Assembly: GCA_002633005.1 (NCBI GenBank)
Contig: NMRA01000451.1
Span: 1-64,000, forward strand
Origin: Phoronis australis
Lineage: Eukaryota; Animalia; Phoronida
Length of the DNA stretch: 64,000 nt
Direction: 5' to 3'
Shown here: positions 39,554 to 52,700 of the stretch, piece after piece
How positions within the stretch are numbered: position 1 is the first letter of the stretch
How the letters are laid out: each line of letters starts with the position of its first letter
The notes under the pieces: model-generated
The model's database searches: none
What the model was told of the DNA's origin: nothing
The model's input: only the letters and a program-made list of their open reading frames with translations
Translations under genes and position numbers: made by a program

Positions 39554-40479
39554 CTACAAGAAACAGAGGTAACCATCAAATTGCAGGAAGACAATAAAGT
39601 GTTCACAGTAGCATATTAAAAAACTGCCCTCGACGACGTGGATAGAGCAATTGCATACACAAACCTACACAAGTGTGATACAGTCCAAATGCCTTATTTT
39701 CGGCTAACGCCATAGTCAGTAAGAGAGCATTGGCGTCAATAAATGTATCTTGAACAACCTAATAATACATCAGTGTTTTTCATATATCAGCCCGTTGGTA
39801 TCAACAAGAGTTACAATTCTTCACAAATGACGTGACCTATAGGTCAAGTCTGGGCAGCATGCTGTGACTGAATACTCGTACAAGGAAAACACGCATTTCC
39901 AAATGCAGGTGGGTATTTTCACCTTTAGGCAGTGGGCTGAAGCTCATAGCAATATATTGTGAGTACTTGGTGGGGCAGCCTGAATTTTTGTATGACAAGG
40001 TAATACACTTATAATTCAACTTCAAACCAGGTAATACTATGTGTTTTTGTAATCTTTGTGTTGAAGTCCAACTGTGATTACCAGTTGTTTTTCACTTGCT
40101 CAACCCCTAGGCTTCCCAGGCCTTAGACATCACCCTTCTGCCATGTCCCTAGCATAGATGGTGGCCATGTCACAGGCCCTCCATATGCCGGAAGCTTACG
40201 TAGAAGGCTGCAAGTGTAACTACATTGAAGTGCCCGGCGTCCCTGTCATAATCTGAAGGGGATGCCCCTGCCCACTTTGTCAACCGTAGATTGCCAAAAT
40301 TGTAAACCCATCGTCTACAGTTTGAGGATATGATTTCAATCACTGCACTGATACATTAGCTGACTTGTTTTCAGCTGCATCAACTAATCTAATTGTCAAA
40401 CGTTCAAATTTTGTAGGCGAAAGAACAGAATGCATGTAAATTTGTTAGGATGATAGTAAATCAATTCCAAATAAGCCTG

Positions 40480-41150
40480 TCTGAAAAAATTGCATACCAA
40501 AACACCGGTCGTTAAATGCTGAATTAGTGTTAACGGTTCGGATTTTTTCAGACGGACTTGCATCGCAAGCAGCAGCTTAGTCTGATAACCTGAATGTGCA
40601 AATGAAATTCAAGTTTAACGACCTTGTGGCTTTAAAAGTGAAGTACCACAGATCATGCTACGAAAATAGAAAGACAAATGGATCGTGAAGAGTGAAGAAT
40701 CCTTAGTTGTCCGTTGCCTTAATTTCAAAAGTAAAGCAAGAGTTTGAAGCAATGCTTCAGAAATGTGGTCTGCATGATGTTATTTGGACAGGCGTTCTTA
40801 AGAAACGACTGCTGAAACTACCCACAGTTGCAGTTTGTGCCTAATATGTTAACGTGGATGGACTTACGTTTGGACTACCGAGTCGACTTTAAGTTCTCCC
40901 ACACACACCTTTACCTAGAAGAACTTGCACTGGTGCAACATATCCCAATTTTAAATGGAGCAGAAGTTATCGCTTTGGTGCGTGAAAACGAACAGCTAAT
41001 GCAAATGATCTATTGCACGCTCCGCCACTTGCGAAGTGTCGACAAACAAGCAATAAGTTTTACCCGGTTATGTGTTGTTTGTCGGGTAAAATGGCGGCTT
41101 GGAAACGAAGATGTGTCAAAAATGCTGCATTCTAATTGATCAGTCACGTC
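40480..41150 (+). mobile_element. Academ-like transposase N-terminal remnant
   Basis: NDLVALKVKYHRSCYEN fits the DLVAxExKYHxxCY motif. Confidence 0.5.
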
Positions 41151-41479
41151 ATCACTCAAAATCCTGGCATTAGGTCAATTACGGGGTGCCAAATAAGACC
41201 AGCGTTTATGTAACAGCAGCTAATCGTACTTTTGCTTAACCTAAGGTTTGCGTCCTCGCACGAGAAGTGGTGCAAGTTACCCTGGAACAAGTTATCTTAC
41301 CTCAATGGAGCAGGTTACACTTGTTTAACTAACGTCAAAACAGCCTCCAAACCTAGCAAGAACTCGTTCCAAGAGTGTCTTGTTCTGAAGTAAGTCTGTG
41401 TGTAGAGCACTTTGAAATTTTCTGGGTTAAGTTAATAAGAGTTTTACAGTATCCAAGCTTCAATTTAAGGTGTACTTAC

Positions 41480-41491
41480 CTGAGTATCTTG
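41480..41491 (-). CDS. 12-nt microexon, (T/A)RYS
   Basis: ccttttcttctttttcag|CAAGATACTCAG|gtaagt; strong sites; phase 1-1. Confidence 0.8.
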
Positions 41492-42583
41492 CTGAAAAAG
41501 AAGAAAAGGTAAATTATTGTGGATTACTACTACATATTGTGATAAATTTGATTTCGTGAACATCATCAAATTGCTCATATTTTACATACTGGTCAGTAAA
41601 ACTTGCCGCATAGGTGCATGCATACTTACTGAAAACCTAAAATTAAGTTAACAGCTTTGCTGAAACTTTTGTAATCTTGGCGTCTTATCTACAAAATTAC
41701 AGGGTTTGTGGTTTCATTGCTCAAGATAATATGTACTTTGATAGGTTTGATTTGTGTTCAGTTTATGCGCAGTATGTTTCTGCAGTGCGATCGTAATAAC
41801 GTAAGCGGCACAACATTTGCTATTCAATACAAGTGTGACAGTAAATATGACACTTTCAAAGCACAGACTTCAATCCTGTTGAGGTTGGTTAACTGAATAA
41901 TGGTTCTCTAGCTCTATTCAGACCTTAAGTAAAGGACGACAGGGTAGCAAATTAACATCTTTTAAATTCTTAATCAGCTACCGTAACACGTAACAGAACC
42001 GAATTCTGGCTTATGTTTCATGAAAATTGATTCATTACTTAGTCAGAAATTTTGTATGCAACCTCCGTATCCGCAGGGTTTTTCTAATGTGAACAAGTAA
42101 ATCATGCTATAACTTTGTTGGCGATAGCGTTAACTTCCGAAACTGATGAGAAATATCAAATTATCTTCGACGCCTTGTTAATACCAGATTAAGTTGCTGG
42201 GAACAAGTCGAAAAGTGGCATTTCACGAAACAAACATCTAGGCCAGGACTTTATGTTGTACTCGAAATCGAACTCGAAATTATTTTCAAGTTGTTTGGTT
42301 CTACTTCTTTGCAAAAAAGTAGCAATTGTGCTCCCCTCCAGTATACAACAAATTGTGCTAAATAGTGTCAAGTCCAACTTGTAGCGGTCATGCAGGGCTC
42401 CTCAAGTGCAAACTAATCTTGTACTGTCATCCACATAAGCCATAGTGTATTCGAGTACACACTAACGGTCACACTTATCTCGAATTCTCAGAAATGTAGA
42501 ACAGAAAAAATCAAAAAATAAGTCCGAGTACGAGATTGAGTACAAATATTAGACTCCGGGCTCTGAATTAATATCCTCCGTAC

Positions 42584-43000
42584 TTCTAAGAGGGACACCC
42601 TTGCAAGTATGTCCCTTGTCTTTTTTAAATTTGCACGTTACCTGTTCAAGTAGCATTTGGTGCTGTCAATTGGGTCAATGATACCATACTTGTGCATATA
42701 AAGCGCATTGATGGTAGTTGTAAAATTTTTATGAGAGTCGAAATCGAAAGTAATGGTTTCCGTGGCTTCCAAAAATATTATCCGGATTATCCGCCGCAGC
42801 AAACAAGTCGCTGCCAAGTATTCGGCCAGTCTCTAACTTTTTCGCTTCGATTGGCTGAGGTTAGGCGTAATGGATAAAGGCCATTTAAAAAGGGTCCGTA
42901 TTAATTTTTCTATAGTGCACCAGTTCCGGGGTGAAACTGAAAACAAATAACTTGAGCATGGAATTCGTTGTCGTCGGTTTTTGGATTACCTTCTCTACGT
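42584..43000 (-). pseudogene. Decayed duplicate of the 3' half of the VWA-like exon/ORF at 62975-63390
   Basis: Collinear with 62975-63390, and the flanking intron also aligns (42455-42583 vs 62845-62974); at least two 1-nt deletions and a GAA>TAA stop; donor AGAA|GTACGG retained. Confidence 0.88.
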
Positions 43001-44899
43001 CGCATGATTGGAGTGCAAATCTGAGTTTACTCATTTAATAGAATTGCTTTATTTCCGAGTTGAGTATAGAATATAGATATTAGGCTAAGGGCTCTAACAT
43101 AAGCCTGAATTTTCGTAAATTATAACACCCTTTATGTCGCTTTCAGCTTGGAATGATTCTGACTCAGCTGAAAATTCTGCCTACTGGTAAATCAAAGTTG
43201 TTTTAAGCGTAAAAGTGTGACAAATTTACTTAAAATACATTCTTAAATATTTTGATTGCTCCTGGTAAAATGAGTCACGTTGTAGTATTTAAACCCTTCT
43301 TCGTCATTTGTACTTTCAGAATGAGTGGTTTGGAAGCCCCCTATAAACACGTTTTGGGTGGATTCCCAGATTGTTGATAGAAGGAGACCGCCAGAAAAAA
43401 CCTTGTTGTATTGTTCCATTTCACCTCCTTAATATCTCATGTAGTGACATTTCGCATTCGTTCAACTCTCATCTCACAAGTTTAACCGGACAAAGGTGTC
43501 CCTGTTTCGTTTAAAGTTTTGAAATGCCCCTTGTTAGGACATGTTCAGATTGTATTCAGGGATTCATACAGGATTTCGAAAGTAGGATGTCCAAAACGGG
43601 GTTCCCAATATTTTAGGATGTCCGTGATTCCGACAACAGAATACCCCCACCACCGTGCACCAGCACCTCCCCCACAGTGATTTTTTTACAAAAAATACCT
43701 AGATCAAGACGTTTACATCTGAGTTTTCAAAGTAACCCTCTCTAGCGACTTTTTTACTAAAAAAATGCGTGGACTTAGACTTTTGCGTCTAAATTTATGA
43801 ATACATCCAAGCAGCTTACCAGACAAATGTTAAAGATATTTTAAACGATGAATGCATTTCGCAGATGACGTGTGGTTTATATTTTGGCAGTAGATGTCAG
43901 TATACTGTTCCATATCAAAACAGGAACAATTTCATTGAAATGCATGAAACAGTGCTTAGTTTTAATTACTTATATTAGGTTAGTGTAAACCCTACTTCAA
44001 TCATGTCAGTGAGTTTTTTTAATCTAACTTTTCAGATGTCCAGTTGAGCTAAGAACAGTTGTAAGGTAACTAATTCTTACAATGTTTACAAATGTAGTAT
44101 GACTGCAGTCTAACTCCAGGTTGAAGTTATGTGTATCATTTCGGTGTGGCGAACAACCAGTATAGAGGCATCAGTATGAATTTTAAACTGAATGTCTTCT
44201 TAAAAATGTAACTATTCTCATCTTGCAGGTAATCAGAGCTGTTGTTCGCTCATGTACTTATCTTCTTTGTCACCTGCATCCTCACAATCTGCATCAAAGG
44301 GTTGTGTCTGGTCTATGCTCTATTGCAATTTAAAGTAGACAATAATCCTGACTTCTGTCACCAAAATTAACTTTTCATTTAGACTACGTATCATTAGTAT
44401 GAAATTAATCTCGATTTATTCCTCGATAAAAATAGGTGTGAATTTCGGGCTTGAAAATGTCTAGAAATTTTTTACTGCTAGAGAGAGTTTCTTCATGTTG
44501 ACTTGTCACAGCATACCATTTCATTCATCTGAGATTGTCCCAACCATAATGAACTGCCACTTCCTTGCAAGACCAAAATTATCTCATCTGAATAGCGAAA
44601 AAGCCGAGATCAATTCTATACTGATAAGTGGTTAAAACCAAAAGTTAAGTTGCGTGGATAGAACAGGGTTTATAGCCATAGTAACTGTTCTGTGAAATAT
44701 GCCACTTTATCTCTCTCAGTGTTGGTTTCTTATTGCTTACTTATAGACGATGATAGTATGAACATTGTTTAAGCTTGATAAAACAGTTGTGATAGCTTCA
44801 TATTCATGCAACGGCTGCTGAGAAGCCCTTGGGACATAACCATATTGCCAGGGGCTAAATTTCCAGTCTTAGAACTCTAGGATCCATGTAAACCATAAA

Positions 44900-46068
44900 C
44901 AGCCGATTTCATAAAGGTGGTTTAAAGTTAAACCAGGTTTAAACTGGACTTAGACCAGGTTTAACGATAACCTGCATTTCATAAAGGTGGTTGAACTTTT
45001 AGACCAGTGGTCTTGTAAAACCTGGTTTAACTCCAGTTTAGACCTGGTCTAAGTCAGTTTTCATTTCACCAACGAGGTCTATATTCTTTAGACCTCTAGT
45101 AAGATCTTAAACCATGTTTATTTAACCTTAGACTTGGTCAGACCCAGGTTTAGCTGTTAAATATGCATGGTATAGGTGCAACTGAACGATGCCGCGGTGT
45201 GCAATTGCGACGCAGTTTTAGAGCGAAAATGGACTATTTTCATTATTCAGGTTTACTACGACACGAGATCAAACGTAGCAGGGGCGGATCCAGGATTTTT
45301 TTAAAGGAGATGGGGACGGTCAAGCACTTTTTGAAAGGGGGCACCAAGTCAACAATTTGAAAATTATAGATTTGATATCATTAAAATCAAAGGAAGAAGG
45401 GGGCTCCAGACCCCTTGACCCCCCTGGATCCGCCTATGCGTAGACCAGTACGTGCTGGAGTGTGTCCTGCGGATTCCTCAGAATACGACTGGTCGAGCAG
45501 GTCTCATCGTCGCAGGCCCTACGGATTTGACTTAAGACAGCATCCTCTGATACTTCTGACTGAGTTCCACCTCCACTGTTCTCCTATTCAATGTTGCCGG
45601 GAAGGGGTCTTGCCCCTCCTTTGGCCGCGAAAAATAAAAACTAAAATGACACGGAAATAAATTTGGGCATTTATCATGTTACATCTAATCATGAGCATGT
45701 TCTTTAATGTGTGTGTGTTGAGCACACAAATTACATTTTTCCTCATGAGAAAAGCTTTTACACCTTTGTCGTAAATGTCTGCACTGATTCTACTGGTGTA
45801 TGCCATTCTATACCCACGTGATCAAGGTTTCATTGAAGCACTTCAATAGTTTCTTTGTTGGGTTTACCAAGCTCGACACAGTTGGGTGCCTTTAATACTT
45901 TAAACCTGGTTCTACTGAACCAGCCCCCTGGTGTAGCAAAACCAGGCTTTCAGACTCTTAAACCATGTTAGTGAAATGCAAGTTAGGTCTAAAATTAGAC
46001 CAGGTTTAGGAAGACCATGTTTAAGTCTTCAACCTGGTTTTGTTAAAACACCTTTATGAAATCGGCTG
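44900..46068. mobile_element. Non-autonomous TIR element (PIF/Harbinger-like), copy 1
   Basis: TIR CAGCCGATTTCATAAAGGTG / CACCTTTATGAAATCGGCTG; flanks AAA/AAA; subterminal AAACCAGGTTT palindromic repeats. Confidence 0.85.
45279..45438. mobile_element. MITE nested in the Harbinger-like element
   Basis: CAGGGGCGGATCC...GGATCCGCCTATG with 5-bp TSD CGTAG. Confidence 0.85.
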
Positions 46069-47011
46069 AAAGTGTTCTCCAGTGGCCATCAAAAGTTATG
46101 ATGCTATGAAGATTTAAACTCCGAGTCAAATGACAATATTTGCATTAATTCTTGCATCATTTTTCTAACTTGCAACCTCTCACACTTGTTTATACTCCAT
46201 TCAGTCGATGACATGGGTACGGTTATTATTACTTGTACCCAATGGTGGTTCTTTGCCCTGTATCTTTGGTTTTCGTGTTTCAGTGCTCAATTATATTGTA
46301 ACATTCCACAATCTTTTACACTTATAAGTTACACTGGTACTTAAGTGAGAAATCCAAGAAGTATGCAGTCAGTGATTAAGAAAGTTCTGTACCCCACTGC
46401 CCCTACCTTCCATAATTAGCAGATGCTTGTGAGAAGAACAAGGCGCGCACAAACTTTACACATGACTTCCAGAGGTCAACCAGTCCATTGCCTTGAAGTC
46501 AATGGTCTTGCAATGGCAACAAATGCTAATTTATCTATCTAAAGAAACTATCACTGCTTCAGTGAACAATTTACTCTAGCTTTACGTTGGCAAAGTTGCT
46601 TGACGTGGATATAGACTGCGGTCAATTCAAAAAGACATGTCAATATTTTTCATCATCTTCGTTTATTGTACAATATATAGCTCTGACAGTTTACTTTTAT
46701 ATACGTGAATCAACAATACTTGGTCACTTTTTGCCTACATACGACTCCAAAATTGTGATACAGTACCTGGTTTGTAATTGGAGTCTTCATGGAACTTGGT
46801 TAAGGTTGAATCTATCAGCCTGCACCGTCTGCTTTTGTTGATCCACGTGGTGTTATTTGACTACGTCATTAAAATAAAAGTGATTAGAAGTGAATTTGAG
46901 GCAGGCTAAACTTTGGCACTGGAAATCCATTCTGTTTGTTAATGTGATTATACCATTGCTGTTAAAGCTGCTATAAACCTGCCTTCCTTCAAATAAAGTC
47001 TTCATTTTGAC

Positions 47012-48577
47012 GGCACTTGCTTAATTTTGGTTCGTTCTGAATTATGTCTTTGAATTTAATTTATTAATTTGCGAATTTTCCTGGTTTGAAACCAAGATGT
47101 GTTTGGATTGGTTCAAAAAAGACTCTGGCGAATAACTTTGTGTCCCTGAAAATCTGTTATGGACTAACAAGCCTTTCATGTTTTTGGGAATTAACTTCTC
47201 CACTGATTATAATACAATGCCAGGTATTTTCTTGTGGCAGGCTTTTGGAAATTAAGAAAAATTCTGGGCTCTTTGTCAAGAAGAATTCTTACTGTTTTAG
47301 ATAAAATAACCGTGGTTAACACAATTTTGTTGCCCAAGATTGTTCATTTGCTTCAATCCCTCCCTAGCTCCTTCATTGACATGATTCAAGAATTAGAGCA
47401 AGTTTTTTACTTCATTTGGAATGGAAAGAATGACAGAGTTAGCCGAAACATAATTGTACAAAATCAGGATCATAGTGGTTTAAAAACGGTTCGTGTTAGT
47501 TTTTTATTAAGTCTTTGAAAATATCCTGGTTTAGTAAACTATTCACCTCAAATACCATACATGTACGTTACCTTGAAGAGGCAGTTTTGGGTTGTAAAGT
47601 TGATAACTATTTTAAAATGGGAGACGCTATCCTTAAAATAGATTAAGAAACCTACAATCTGTTGTGGAATGAAGTTTTAAGCGATATAGTGCTCATGCTT
47701 CAAATTTGTGACAAAAAATGAAAATATTAATGTCTCTCCCCTGTGGTATGATTCAAAGATTGAAGTCGGTAGACAATTTATTTTCTACAAGAGCTGGTGT
47801 GAAAAGGGTGTCTATCATGTGTGTGATTTGTTTAATGCTGAAGGTTTTTTTATGTCATACGAAAAAGTGTGTAACAGTTACAACTTTCAACCTCCAATAC
47901 TTGAATTCTATGGATTAAGAGGTGCATCCTTTGCAGCGTACAGGCGTCTTACGAATAGACAAGACAATACCTTTGTACCAAATTTTCCAAGTTATATTTA
48001 TAAAATTTTGCAGAATAAGTCACAAGCAGTAAATATTTATGACACCTTATTACAGTCACTTCAGACAGTTTGTAAATATAAAAAAGTGATCATCTGAGAC
48101 AGATATAAACGGGTTTATTAATAATGTAAATTTTAGTGACCCTGATTAATGGTGGAGAAAAGTAAATAAACTCCCCTTCAATTGTACAAAGGATACAACA
48201 TTGCGATAGTTTGAATACCGCTTAATTCACAGAATATTGCCAGCCAATAAAATTGAAATAGAAACAAGTGATTTATGCTCTTTCTGTGGTGAACACAGTG
48301 AAACTTTTCTCCATCTGTTTTGGGAATGTCGCATTGTCACCAGTTTCTGTTGATCATGCTAGCAAAAAATAAAAAAATTTTATCCAAAAGTTTGTTGAAA
48401 AAATGTCAATTTCCAAATGTTCATAAACTTTATTAAATTACATCCTGAAGAAAATACGGTACTTGTTGACTAGTGATTTAATCTTATTCTTTGTAAATGA
48501 TGTCTACCGTATTGTATTATGTGACATGTAATTATCATGGTAGAGCAAAATAAAAAAAAATAAAATAAGATAAAAAC
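47012..48577 (+). mobile_element. 5'-truncated L1/Tx1-clade LINE
   Basis: LSRRILTVLDKITVVNTILLPKIVH..FIWNGK; CSFCGEHSETFLHLFWEC knuckle; A-rich tail; 13-bp TSD TCTTCATTTTGAC (46999-47011 / 48578-48590). Confidence 0.88.
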
Positions 48578-49722
48578 TCTTCATTTTGACCACATGTTGT
48601 CTCGGCCCATTCGTTAGTCAAATTACAAGTGATTCCTGGAATTAGAAAAAACGACAGTTCGTTATAGCTCAAGCCTCAGCTTATCAAGTTGGCTTGAAAC
48701 GCCATATCATTTTTTCTAGATGATTTTGTTCCCAGCCAAGAAACCCATCCTCACGCAGGTAAAGAAATTTACTGAAGGGAGATTTGAGGCAAAGAATGGT
48801 TTAAATCGAAAGTTTGTTTACTATTTATGAAATGTGGGTTTTGATGCATTACATTTAAATCCTCATCCGATTTACAATATGAAACTAAGAAATGGTTTTG
48901 GGCCTAAATTTTGTTTATTGGTGCCATAAAGTAATCACATTTATCTGAGTACTAAGTTGTAGGCAAAACGAATATATGCATTAGACACATAAAAAGTTGA
49001 CCGCAAGCAAAAGCAGATAAAGCGGTACGATTTGTAACATAACCGTTGTATGGCGAAAATATGTTGGGGAAGTCGCCTTTTGTCGTAGTCAGTACATTTG
49101 TCGAATGCCAGCACATCATTACAGTAGACTTTTTCCAATTCCTCATTTATAAAGAAGACACCAAAAGTCCTGAAACAAAAATAAAATAATACTTTCTTCT
49201 CAGCCACAAAAGAAAAAGCTTCCATTGCCTAATGTACTTCAATAGCTGAATACCTCATAGAATGCACAGTTGGAAATCCATTGTCATGCGTATTTGGTAT
49301 TTGCACTTAAATTTCAAACACTAAAAACTGTCAAATAATGAATTTGTTTTATTGTGTTTTGTTTTGTTTTGTTTTGTTTTGTTTGCCTAATCCCGGGCTT
49401 TATTATGAACCTGCCAATAATCTTCAGAGAGGCTTTAATAAATATTCATGTCAAAGGCATACAGTCAGGGCCGTAACAACGTTTCCACTTAACAATTACC
49501 AAGAAAATGTTTAATACTATAAGCACTAATACATATTAGAAGACTGGGTATAATTTGTACACATTTTCTCAATAAGTAACAATATGAGTATATTTTCAGA
49601 TAATTTATTTATTTTCTAAATTGGGTTTTAAATATTGGTCTGAAACATGTATGTGGATTGTAAGATCAAATATCTGCCTTAAGTTACTTTTATGAAAAAT
49701 ACCCTGGGGCACTAGTACTTAA

Positions 49723-52700
49723 GCATCAGTCCACGGATCCACCGACCACTGTACAGCCAACAAGCGGCAAGGTGGGGGGTCAGCCATTCAGATCCATGTT
49801 TAGTCTGATAAATCACATTAGGGATGAGAGAAAATGGGTGAAGTATGACACCACAAAGTTTGGTGGTTTAGGAGATACAAGGGAAGTGTTCTGGGGGGCA
49901 AAATGAGGCAATTTCTTGGTGTGGAATGAGTCATTTTTTACCAAATTTTCTACTCCAGTTTCTGCTTCAAACAAAATCGTTTCTGAACAATTTTGATATC
50001 ACATGATAGGTTAATGACCAATGTCAATAAAAACGGCACCGACACAGCAATATCGGTTACCATGGTAACACTGGAACTGTTTCCGTGGAGGTACATTTCC
50101 GTCTTGTGAAAAACCAGCAGTAAGGTGTACCCTTATAGCGAAGCTGCCCCCGCGAAAAAACTAAAAATAATAACATAGACATGTAGAAGACTCCATGCCA
50201 TTGAAATAAGTACAATAAAAACTTTGTCAGCCCTTCAGGCAGGCTTGGTAATAGTTGTCTGAATTTCACTATTTTCTGACTGCGTATGTGTATTTGTCAT
50301 GTTAAACCAGTCACTAGTTGTGCGCTCTTTCTACGCATTAATATGCCGTGGTATAATACAACAATTAAAAAAATTGGTTTGCTTAAATGTTTTCAATGAG
50401 TTTTAAGGACACTAGCATTTTCCAATAAAATATGAAATTATACTAAATTTGTTCATCCAATTCGTCTAAATACCAAACTAGCTTACAATGCGTTAGTTGA
50501 ATTATGGCTGACCTAAAGTGCGAGTTTGCGAATTTATATATTTATCTGGCACTGCCAGTCGCATCGAATGTGGTATTTCTACAAATTGCGAAGAGAAACA
50601 ACTTTGGAAACTCTTGGGAAATGCGCAAGGTATAGAGCGAGACATTTGAGCACCTTATAAGAGTACGTGGAGCTGATGTGGAGGTGGAACGTGTCCTCCT
50701 GAGAAGTAGTCTTTCTCATTGTCTGCCTCGGAGGCAGGTGTGCAAGAGCTACATAATCTACCGTATTAGATTCACTTAACCGAATCATCGATACAACACT
50801 CGAGATATATTGGCGTTGCCAAAGACACTTAGAACATCCACTGCACACCAGAGGAGAAATCTGATAGAGGTCTGAAAAATGACCAAAGACGTTAAGTCAA
50901 GGTTCAACGCCCTGCTTCGTGTGAGCTCAGGTAGGAATCACTAAACTCCAGGGTCTGACCCTGAGGAATATTTTTAGAAGCACGTCATTCATGCAAAAAT
51001 GCTTTTATTGACACACCGTGATTGCTTATAACTTGGGCCTTATTGCTTAATCATATCTTATTCAAATGTGTTGATGTTTATGCAACTACTTGTATACATT
51101 GGCATAGAAAATAGGTAGTCATCATAACTTTTCATAACAACCACCAAATGTGTAACATGAACTCCTTTTAGAGACTAGGAAGTATTTTTGTGTCCAATGA
51201 TTTTCTGCGATTATGGAGTTAATTAAACATGCTAAACCCGTCAAAGTTATTAGTGCCTTCACTTTAGCTTGGTATTCATATTTTCTGGGCCGAAATAGCC
51301 ACATTAAATTCAATATGTTTAATTTATCATTAATACAATTTTAGAAATCAGGAAAGGCTTATGCTGAAGTAGTGGCTTCAGCTGAAGTTGGAGACTTGCC
51401 GATTATTAGTAAAGGTTGGGTATGGAAAAGTTCACAACCAGCAAGAAGGTACCCTTCTGGACAACTAAGTGAGGGGGCTAGAGAGAGGCCGAAAAGTCTA
51501 CTCCCAGAAGATATGTCAAAGAGAATTTGTAGCTTGAGGAACGAGTTGGGGAAAAAGTATTTGCCAAAGATTACTGGCTTATACCACAACAGGTCCAAAG
51601 TAATTTGTTGAGGCCACTTTCAGCAAATGTAGGGAAACTGGGACAGAGGAAGTGGAGTATGCATTGAAAGAGGCAATCTTCGATTGTCAAGGATGTAGCA
51701 TTGTAAAAATTCAAAGGGAGGAAACAGTACAGTGGCTGGACCTGTAAATACTCTGGCTGATCTGCTAAATCCAGTGGGGGCATTATTGTGTGAGCACAGC
51801 TACATGTATGTAGGGAAGTAGGCTTGTGTGTTGTCGCAAGCTTGGCTTGCACCAGAACTGCTTGTGTGAACAGCACAAATCTAAAATTTACCTAGTCTAA
51901 GACTGAATTTTTGTCCAGGCACGGATCATGATCCTGGGCCACATGGTAATGGTACATTGTTCATTTTGTTTAGCCACTGGATGTTTCGATCTGACAGGAT
52001 TTCTCAGTGTCGCCATCACATTTAGATGATTTCTGACCACTGTACTATTCCTTTTCCTAGAAGATGCGTAATTGATCTGAATTTATGTTTCCGCATTTTG
52101 TTTACCATTATAGATTTTTGTTTGTAAATGGGTATATATAACTGAAATTTTTAGACCCTGTTGCAGGCTGGTTTTGTTAACTTATCTTTCTGCCTGGGTT
52201 GTAAAGCCATATTCTGTCCAGGAGGTAATACGTTTTGATTTAGACCATTTACCTCTATAAACTTTGCTCAGTTTGTTCCTTATCCAGATGGGAAGTGATT
52301 TCTGGAATTTTAGCGAATTGACAGTTTGCTATTCCTTGAGACCATGCTGTGTGTATAAAATCGCACACTATTAGTCTGGTCTCTAGCAATTGCATATTGC
52401 CAGATCTTTCAAAGTTCTGAAATTGCCTGGAAGCAATACCTATTTTGTGTTGGTAAAATGTCTAAAACAAAAGTTGTTTTATGTGATTTTAGGCGATTAT
52501 ATGTCCATTTCAAATGATTTTTTGTTGGAGTACTGAAAAGTATTGGCACATTAGCTCTGGTGGCTCCTTGTTTTTTTGGCGAATTGACCATTGTATGATT
52601 CCCATGGGTAATTTTGTTACTGGTCTAGTATGTATGTACAACTGTAATCGTAGGGCAATTGTAATGCAAACCGTGTTGCAAAAGTATTTTTTCACGACCA

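Noticed and set aside
41295-41335. Strong donor GAG|GTAAGA as another microexon
   Set aside because: No good acceptor, candidate lengths are not multiples of 3, and the context resembles a SINE body
43818-43860. MHSSFKISLTFV exon as the signal peptide of the microexon gene
   Set aside because: Ends in phase 2 and cannot be joined in frame with the exons found; weakly hydrophobic
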